A DNA stretch of 63,436 nucleotides, counting the filler, from Sanchytrium tribonematis (Eukaryota), in the NCBI GenBank assembly GCA_018985235.1. It is 12 parts of 12 records of this genome, joined end to end, with 100 filler letters (N's around TTAATTAATTAA, not from the genome) between each part and the next. Parts side by side here need not be neighbours in the genome. Positions count along the whole stretch, not along the records: positions 52,472 to 56,060 come from JADGIG010000836.1; positions 56,161 to 59,748 come from JADGIG010000837.1; positions 59,849 to 63,436 come from JADGIG010000838.1; 9 more parts are not named here. One strand, 5' to 3'. Position 1 is the first letter of the stretch. Every line of letters begins with the position of its first letter. Positions 55,643 to 63,436 of this stretch are shown here, in pieces. Under the pieces are notes generated by a model. The model did not search any database. It worked only from the letters and a program-made list of their open reading frames with translations, and had not been told where the DNA came from. The position numbers and the translations under genes were made by a program.

Positions 55643-56060
55643 TCAAATAAATTGGTTTATTTTGTATTCTTTTACAATTTGTTTGTATTGCAATTTATAT
55701 ATGAAATAGAATATCATCCAAATGACAACGAATAAAAATATGACACTCAGACCAAACCATTCAGATGCATCATGGACCACCCACAATAACTCCCAGGAAT
55801 ATCCTTGAAAATTGAAAATTCTTCTTGTAATCATCAATATTTGCATAAAACTAACTATAAATGCCATCATGACACCCATTAATGTAACAGTGAGATTGAA
55901 AAATAGTTTTTTAACAGGCTTGTCAAGTGCCCATTGATATAATCTAAACATAAAAATCCCATCTAAAAAATCGACAAAACACATTCCCAAACTGAATAAT
56001 ATGGGAAAACAGAGTATTTCAACATGTGGTAGATGATATTTGGATTTAGTAGCACGCATC
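55643..56060 (-). CDS. High-affinity nickel/cobalt permease (NiCoT, Nic1/HoxN), 5'-partial
   Basis: FPILFSLGMCFVDFLDGIFM..YQWA..P..KLFFNLTVT. Confidence 0.85.
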
Positions 56061-56491
56061 NNNNNNNNNNNNNNNNNNNNNNNNNNNNNNNNNNNNNNNN
56101 NNNNTTAATTAATTAANNNNNNNNNNNNNNNNNNNNNNNNNNNNNNNNNNNNNNNNNNNNACAGACACGTCAGTTGTTACAGACTTGGATTGTTTATTTT
56201 CAGACGTGATGGAGGAATACAAGTTGTTTTTAAAGAACATTGACTTTGATCATACAACGTATTTTATTCAATAAATTGCGTCACAGTTGATCAGGCTTCT
56301 TAAATTTGCAAAGGCGTTATCTCCTTAGACTTTTGAATTTTTTTGTTCCAAATAATCGCATAAAATACATGCAGCTGATCATGCAAATCTTTATATAATT
56401 GATTATAGCAGATCAACGTCAAGTCCAACCAGAATCATTGTGATTTTAACTAGCAACTTTAAATTGACTTGATTATTTTTCAAAACATCCC

Positions 56492-57935
56492 ATGTCATTT
56501 CGCATTCTTGACTTGGTTCGTCCATTCTGTTCTTATTTGCCTGAAGTTGATGCTCCAGAAAGACGTGTTCCATTTAATCAAAGAGTATTATGGACTGGAG
56601 TGGTTTTGTTTATCTTCTTGGTATGTTCGCAAATTCCTCTTTACGGAATATTGAGTTCCGAAACAGCTGATCCATTATATTGGCTCAGAATTATAATGGC
56701 GAGTAACCGTGGTACGATTATGGAACTAGGTATCACTCCAATTATTACTAGTGGTATGATCATGCAACTTTTAGTTGGAGCAAATTTAGTAGAAGTGGAT
56801 TATTCGGTTAGAGAAGACAGAGTCCTTTTTAATGCAGCTCAAAAACTGTTTGCTATGCTCTTGACATTTGGACAAGCATTCGCATCTGTCATGTCTGGTA
56901 TCTATGGCAAACCAAGTGATTTGGGTGCTGGAATTGTTATCTTATTAATTCTTCAATTATTTATTGCTGGTGTCATTGTTATATTGTTGGATGAATTATT
57001 AAGCAAGGGTTATGGATTAGGAAGTGGTATTTCATTATTTATTGCAACAAATGTCTGTGAAACTGTTATTTGGAAAGCGTTCAGCCCTACAACAATTAAT
57101 TCCGGAAAAGGACCAGAATTTGAGGGCGCAATCACAGCTTTCTTTCATTTAATATTGACTAGAGATGATAAATATAGAGCTATACAAGAAGCACTTTATA
57201 GACAACACTTACCAAATTTGACGAATATTGCTGCTACCATTTTAGTTTTCGCTTTGGTGATTTATCTACAGGGATTTAGAGTGGAAATTCCAGTTAAATC
57301 TAACAAAATGAGAGGACAACAAGGTAGCTATCCTATCAAGTTATTTTACACTTCCAACATGCCAATCATGTTAGAACAAGCCTTAGTCAGTAACATTTTC
57401 ATGATTTCTCAAATGTTGTTCAATCGGTTTCCAGAGCATTGGATCATTAGATTAATTGGAGTATGGGATGCAAATGAATTTAATCAATTAGCACCAGTAA
57501 GTGGAATTGCGTATTACCTCACGCCGCCGCACAATTTAAAGTCTGTTTGGAATGATCCAATTCATTTCGCATTGCATTTGGTATTCATGTTGTACATTTG
57601 TGCAGCATTTAGTAAAGCATGGATTGAAGTATCTGGTAGTAGCCCAAGAGATGTTGCGCGACAGTTAAAAGAGCAGCAATTGGTTATGAGAGGTCATCGT
57701 GAAGAATCTTTGTACAAAGAATTAAAAAAGATTATTCCAACCGCTGCTGCATTGGGAGGGTTGTGCATTGGTTTATTGAGTGTGTTTGCAGATTTGATTG
57801 GTACTCTTCATTCACTTAGGTGCAATTGGTAGTGGTACTGGAATTTTGTTGGCTGTCACAATTATTTATCAATATTTTGAGACATTTGTTAAAGAACAAG
57901 CTGAAAGTGGTGGAATGGAAGCATTAATCTTTTAG
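56492..57935 (+). CDS. SEC61: Protein translocon subunit Sec61 alpha (2 exons)
   Basis: [26 protein letters not shown]; 19-nt intron 57801-57819 restores [23 protein letters not shown]. Confidence 0.97.
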
Positions 57936-57964
57936 AAAAATAAATGGTGATGTAAAATGAAGAT

Positions 57965-58807
57965 TTATTCGCTACTACCCCGACTTGTGAACCATTTTGC
58001 ATAGCTGAATTGCCCTTGTCTACTATTCATGTTACTGTACCCGCTTTCTCTTGTCCGTCCCACTTTATCAATCAATTCATCAAAAAATCGCAAAGCAACT
58101 TGTAACCTCAACATATAACTCAACGGTCTCAGCGCATTATCCATTTGTGGTTTAGAAAGTGGTAATTGTAATGGGGTCATATTTAGAGAATTGAGTTTAA
58201 ATATTAGCAATCCAATATCAATTATTATTAATAGAGCCATACTGGCACTTAATTCGAGAGCCATTAATTTTTTCAAAGATTGTCGATATTGGAACATGCA
58301 GTAAATGCGTTTCATTAATAATGAATATAGAGTGATCTCGATAGTGCAAGCTACAAAAGTTGTGACTGCGCTGGAAACCACGAATAAATACCAATTATTA
58401 TAATTTAACATGGCGATAATAAATGTTACCGCACTCGGAATCTGGAATAAAATGCAAATGACGGGGAGGAAATGAATGTACTGATTTAATTGCATTGTGT
58501 GATTCAGAGTTTTTATCCGAATACAATAAATTATGACTGGAGTGATAATCATCAAATGCCAAGAAATGCAAGTAATAAATCCTAGTAGTAATTCGGTCGA
58601 ATTTGAGTCAAATGGGTAATATAGCCACATATAACTAGCTGTGACCTCAATAATGGTACTAAATAATCCTAATTGGATCAGTAAAAATACCAAAGAATGC
58701 TTGTTTTTAAAAATCAATAAAGATTGAATAACCGATTGGAAAAAAATGTAATAATTTATACCTAAAAGCATAAATATAGTGATTGTTGGTGCATTAACAG
58801 ATAGCAT
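57965..58807 (-). CDS. Multi-pass (about 7 TM) membrane protein, GPCR-like topology
   Basis: Six to seven hydrophobic segments and a polar C-terminal tail. Confidence 0.65.
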   Translation of the reverse strand: MLSVNAPTITIFMLLGINYYIFFQSVIQSLLIFKNKHSLVFLLIQLGLFSTIIEVTASYMWLYYPFDSNSTELLLGFITCISWHLMIITPVIIYCIRIKTLNHTMQLNQYIHFLPVICILFQIPSAVTFIIAMLNYNNWYLFVVSSAVTTFVACTIEITLYSLLMKRIYCMFQYRQSLKKLMALELSASMALLIIIDIGLLIFKLNSLNMTPLQLPLSKPQMDNALRPLSYMLRLQVALRFFDELIDKVGRTRESGYSNMNSRQGQFSYAKWFTSRGSSE

Positions 58808-59220
58808 AAAAAGAGGATGGCAAGTTCATTTTAAGAGGAGACGTATCCAGAAGACGTGTCATGTGAGAATACCACATTCTAGTCATGTGAAATCAGTCAC
58901 CCACAAGTTCCGAAATTGAAGATTACCACCCTTTTTATAAATACGTTTAGCTGCATGTCAACGCAGATATGCTTGAAACCTCATGGAGAGTGTTAATTTG
59001 CTGAATAACCTTAATTATTGCAAATTCCCCGAAAAGCTGATATCTGGTAAATGCAGCAGGGTTTATTACAACTTAACAAGTTCCACTCATCCCACAGCCT
59101 TTCATTTTGATTTCCCTTTTTCATTTTAAATCAGTTTTCACAAATATATTACACCAATATGTTTTAAACAATGACTTATGCGCCAAAAGTTTTCAAATTA
59201 TATAATTTCTATTTATTGTC

Positions 59221-59748
59221 TTAAAAATATACGCGACTATCTTTTTTCGCTACTTGCGGCTCAAAGTTGATTTCAAAGGAGACACTTCCTTTCGTGGATG
59301 TTTTACAACAATCATCTATTGACAGCTTGGGTAGGCTTAGCGGTACAGAATCTTTGGTCCTGAATGAATGGTTATTGTGTTGATTCATTTCAGTGTAGTT
59401 TTCCATAGCCAATTTGGGTAAACTCGATGGTGCGAAACCTGCATTTCGCAAATATGAAGGTTTTGAGAAGCCGCGATAAATGATATTGTCTTCAGATGTT
59501 TTCAAGGTTTCCAAGTTTTCCAATTTTGGATAGACCTTTTTGTTATAAATTTTTTCTGGCTCGACTTTGCGTCTCTCTAATGGTGCAGCCAATGTTGATA
59601 ATCTTTTATCATTCACTATAGTTTTCCTGTGCTCTAATTGCACTTGAAATGGGGACTCTTCCAGCACCCTGACATGTACTTCTTGCTTTTGAAGTCCTTT
59701 GGCTAGTCTGGCCATTTCTAATTTGCGCAAATAAGATTTTTCTACCTC
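59221..59748 (-). CDS. Hypothetical protein, 5'-partial
   Basis: Open frame running to the contig end; no family recognised. Confidence 0.55.
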   Translation of the reverse strand, partial: EVEKSYLRKLEMARLAKGLQKQEVHVRVLEESPFQVQLEHRKTIVNDKRLSTLAAPLERRKVEPEKIYNKKVYPKLENLETLKTSEDNIIYRGFSKPSYLRNAGFAPSSLPKLAMENYTEMNQHNNHSFRTKDSVPLSLPKLSIDDCCKTSTKGSVSFEINFEPQVAKKDSRVYF

Positions 59749-59938
59749 NNNNNNNNNNNNNNNNNNNNNNNNNNNNNNNNNNNNNNNNNNNNTTAATTAA
59801 TTAANNNNNNNNNNNNNNNNNNNNNNNNNNNNNNNNNNNNNNNNNNNNTCGGTGGAATATTCTAAATAGAAAATTCTAATTCGATCCCAATCAAATTCAT
59901 TAAACAGAGTATAAACAAAAACTAGACCCATTTCTTGA

Positions 59939-61723
59939 ATGTCATCAGAGTGTTCTAGCTTGAGCATTCTAGCAAAATCATTGAACCACCCACAATATCC
60001 AGCATTTGAGTGTCCCTCCCATTCAAATTATACCCTTTGGAATGCTTTGGGGGTACAATTGAATGGTAACTACTCGGTCATTGCAATAGATTGGAGCAAT
60101 AAGGGATTGAATGGAACTATTGCCAGTACATTGGGTTCATTAACCAATTTAAAGACTCTTAACTTATACAACAACCAAATTGGAGGAATTCTTCCTGTTC
60201 AAATGCCTCCAAAATTGAACACTTTGCATTTGGGCTACAATAATCTGCGAGGATCTTTGCCCATCATGTCGAATATTGTGATTTTGGACGTGCAAAAAAA
60301 TCAATTATTTGGGAAATTGCCATATATGCCAAATTTGAACCAATTGCTTGCAAAAGAAAATTATTTCTTTGGAAATATCACATCATTACCTCCCAATTTA
60401 AATGTTTTAGACATATCATACAATCAATTCACTGGTTCATTTCCTACAATTGATGCGAATTCCATTTTGCAGTATATTTACATTACCAACAATGATTTTA
60501 GTGGATCACTCTCTGTTTCTTCCTTATATACTCAACAACTTGCGATTGATCAGAATGGATTTACAACATTGCAAATCACTGGGAGCTACTCATTTTTACA
60601 AAAAATTTCTGCTAGAAATAACCAATTATCAAATGTCGCCATTTGGGCTGCAAAATATCTAAATTATTTAGATTTGAGTAGCAATTTATTGACAAATATG
60701 CCTGAATTGGGAACATCTGTACCAGCATGGGTTTTATTAAGCAACAACCAAATTTCATATGTTTTTATTCCACAATCTGCTATTGCGTTTGATGCTGGAA
60801 ACAATCTACTTAACACGATGCCATATATTCCAAATGGATTACAAAGATTGGTTTTATCCAACAATGCCATAACTCAGAATTTGACAAATGTAGTGTTTCC
60901 ATCATCATTAATGGAATTATCACTTACAAATAACATGTTGAGTGGTAAGTTGAATTTAACATCCATCAAAGCAATAGATGTGTCGAGTAATCAATTGAAT
61001 AATGTGATTATTGGAGATTCAACGGGATTGACGACTTTAAATTGTAATTTAAAGTATAATCCATTAGATCCTGTTAAATTGGGAGTATTGGCTCAAAAAT
61101 GCTCATTTTCACCATTGAAAGCACCAACTACAACAGCTACCACTTTGAGAACTAGTCAAATGTCATCTAGCAGTCACCCGGATCAAACATCCTCCTTGAT
61201 TGCAACTTTCCAAACTACAGCAAATCCTGCAACTTCCTCGAAATACCCATTCTCAACCCATTCTACATTTGTGTCTACATTTCTCGATGGGCACCAAGTA
61301 TTATCCATGTTGGATCAATCCTCTTCCAGTCAAACCACTGAGAATTTGTCTTCTGACAATGTTGCATCTGAATCTGCCAAATTTATACCCACGCGTGTGC
61401 TATTCCGTCATTCATCAACATTTCAATCTATAAATGGTACCCAATCTCCATTATGGACTACTGAAATCAATGGTACATTTACAGATATCCCACTTCCATT
61501 ACAAACATCTCAAAATGGAAATGACTCGACAATTAACAATCAAAATGCATTTATGGGCATGCTGGGTGGTAATCTGATCTATATCCTTGTTGGTTCTGTC
61601 ATTGCACTCATGATTATTTTGGTGATATTAGGAAAAGTGATTAAACGACCAAAAATCAATAGTAAATTTGCCAGAAATTCAAGCAATGGCACTCTACAAA
61701 CGACTGCTACATCACAGAAATAA
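59939..61723 (+). CDS. LRR membrane protein without obvious signal peptide
   Basis: LRRs, CNLKYNPL C-cap, S/T stalk, TM LIYILVGSVIALMIILVIL. Confidence 0.88.
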   Translation: MSSECSSLSILAKSLNHPQYPAFECPSHSNYTLWNALGVQLNGNYSVIAIDWSNKGLNGTIASTLGSLTNLKTLNLYNNQIGGILPVQMPPKLNTLHLGYNNLRGSLPIMSNIVILDVQKNQLFGKLPYMPNLNQLLAKENYFFGNITSLPPNLNVLDISYNQFTGSFPTIDANSILQYIYITNNDFSGSLSVSSLYTQQLAIDQNGFTTLQITGSYSFLQKISARNNQLSNVAIWAAKYLNYLDLSSNLLTNMPELGTSVPAWVLLSNNQISYVFIPQSAIAFDAGNNLLNTMPYIPNGLQRLVLSNNAITQNLTNVVFPSSLMELSLTNNMLSGKLNLTSIKAIDVSSNQLNNVIIGDSTGLTTLNCNLKYNPLDPVKLGVLAQKCSFSPLKAPTTTATTLRTSQMSSSSHPDQTSSLIATFQTTANPATSSKYPFSTHSTFVSTFLDGHQVLSMLDQSSSSQTTENLSSDNVASESAKFIPTRVLFRHSSTFQSINGTQSPLWTTEINGTFTDIPLPLQTSQNGNDSTINNQNAFMGMLGGNLIYILVGSVIALMIILVILGKVIKRPKINSKFARNSSNGTLQTTATSQK

Positions 61724-61854
61724 ATCATTTATATCCATATTTGATGGCTATTTTCTCTATATAGTATTGGTGAATCGATGGAATTTTCTAATTCGATCCC
61801 AATCAAAATGCGCTCATTTGGTTAAAACGTGAAAATAGACCCATTCTTTAGCAA

Positions 61855-63436
61855 ATGTCAAATGAATGTGCAACATTGAAAAACTTGGCAGTCTCATTAA
61901 ACCATCCAAATCAAACTGCATTCAACTGTCCTGCAACAATTACTCAAGTCAATACGGTATGGGTGACTTTGGGGGTGACTACTGATTCAATTAATGGTAA
62001 ACCCATTACATCTATTAAATGGTCAAATACCAAGCTATCTGGCTCTCTAGCTCAGCACTCTCAAGTTTCACCAAATTACAGATTTTAGATCTCTCAAACA
62101 ATGCAATAACAGGTCCTCTCCCTTCTCTTCCCTCTACTTTGACCACTCTCTACTTTAACAGCAATCAATTCACTGGTACATTACCACAACTCCCATCTGG
62201 TATGATCACACTATCTGTTATGTATAACGCATTGACTGGCACACTTCCCTCACTCCCAACATCTCTGACCTCTTTATCCGTCACCAATAACCAATTTAGT
62301 GGTACATTACCACCATTGACATCTCTCACCTACTTTGGTGCTCAATCCAACAATTTTGAGGGTCCTTTGCCAAATATTCCAAATATGGTCTGGTTATATC
62401 TCCAAAACAACAAATTAAGTGGTCCTATTTCCAATTTACCATCCACACTCATAGAATTGGGTCTAGCAAATAATGCATTCAATGGCACTTTCCCATTGAT
62501 CAGTAATGGCATGAAAAAGTTGTTTATTAGCAATAATCAATTCTCTGGCACATTCACACTCAATGTGCAATCATTGGAATCGATATATGCATCCAATAAC
62601 CAATTTACATTTCTCTCCGTCTCCACTCAAACTTTGAATATTTCCGAATTATCATTTTCAAACAACAAATTATCCAATATCCTCTCATTCAACACCCCTC
62701 TCTTGTCATTCCTTGATTTATCCAATAATCAATTATCTACTATGCCATCCATCTCCTCCAATACCCCATTCATCCTCAAACTCGCCAATAATAAATTATC
62801 CCAAATCTCATTCCCCCTCAATTTATTCAATTTAGATGCATCCAACAACACCATCACATCCCTCCCCCCTCTCCCATCCCAATTCAAGAAATTAATCCTA
62901 TCCAACAACCAAATTCATCAAAATATGTCCAATTACATTTTCCCCAATTTAATCCATCTCAATTTATCCAATAATGACTTGTATGGTGTATTAACTCTCT
63001 CATCTATTTCCATTTTAGATGTATCCAATAATCAATTATCCAATATCATGATTTTAAATAGTACATTATCCAGTTGCAATTTAAAGAATAATCCATTAAA
63101 TGTCTTTAATGGTCCCAAATCATGTCAAATATCTCCATTAAGTCAATTGACGACAAGTCAAATAAGTACTCGGGGGAGTAGCCAGTGGAGTTCATTAGTA
63201 ACTACACAGCCACGCACATCCACCAAAGTGATTACAAGTGAATCCACAAGTGAATCAACTAGAGCAACAACAAGTGCAACAACAACAAGCACACTCTATT
63301 CCATTCAATCTCCAATATCAAATAGCATGTCAGAATCATCCCCAATAATTCAAACATTCCAATTCACCACCCCATTTATAGATGTCCCATTTAATGATTC
63401 AGATGTCACTCAATCCATTAAATCTATTCCCACCCT
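61855..63436 (+). pseudogene. LRR paralog of the 59939 gene with a 1-nt frameshift near 62051; runs off window
   Basis: MSNECATL..LNHP matches MSSECSSL..LNHP; after GSLA the shifted frame reads SALSSFTKLQILDLSNNAITGPLP and stays open. Confidence 0.75.

Noticed and set aside
22626..59848. TTAATTAATTAA palindromes in N-runs recurring every ~3.7 kb
   Set aside because: Artificial six-frame-stop contig linkers; spacing reflects length-sorted contigs. ORFs containing X runs and cross-linker neighbourhoods are artefacts.
1..63436. CRISPR arrays, rRNA genes, prokaryotic operons
   Set aside because: No repeat-spacer arrays or rRNA signatures seen; gene content is eukaryotic.

Overview
AT-rich, very gene-dense eukaryotic DNA read with the standard genetic code, most like a reduced early-diverging (zoosporic or parasitic) fungus. 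That assignment is inferred from gene content only. The window is 12 assembly contigs joined by 11 artificial 100-nt linkers (N44-TTAATTAATTAA-N44): one of at least 22.6 kb, then eleven of about 3.6 kb in decreasing length, so adjacency across linkers is meaningless. It holds housekeeping genes (Sec61, Slt2-type MAPK, NAC-beta, GPI12, FMN1, ATG12, YAF9, TSR4, tRNA-Ser and others), seven LRR receptor-like genes, glycosyltransferases and secreted proteins. Mobile elements are a LINE inserted in a host gene, three Ty3/Gypsy-type LTR elements and an intact Crypton-like tyrosine-recombinase transposon. Highlights: (1) at least nine spliceosomal introns of only 19-20 nt with a fixed GTA...YTNAYNTAG layout; (2) a single-pass receptor-like cyclic-nucleotide phosphodiesterase; (3) a Crypton-like element with a symmetric putative recombination site and an apparent tandem copy; (4) a predicted four-way-junction RNA head-to-head with a DUF2828 (TROVE/vWA-like) gene; (5) a clustered family of unrecognised ~90-aa proteins interleaved with C2H2 zinc-finger genes.
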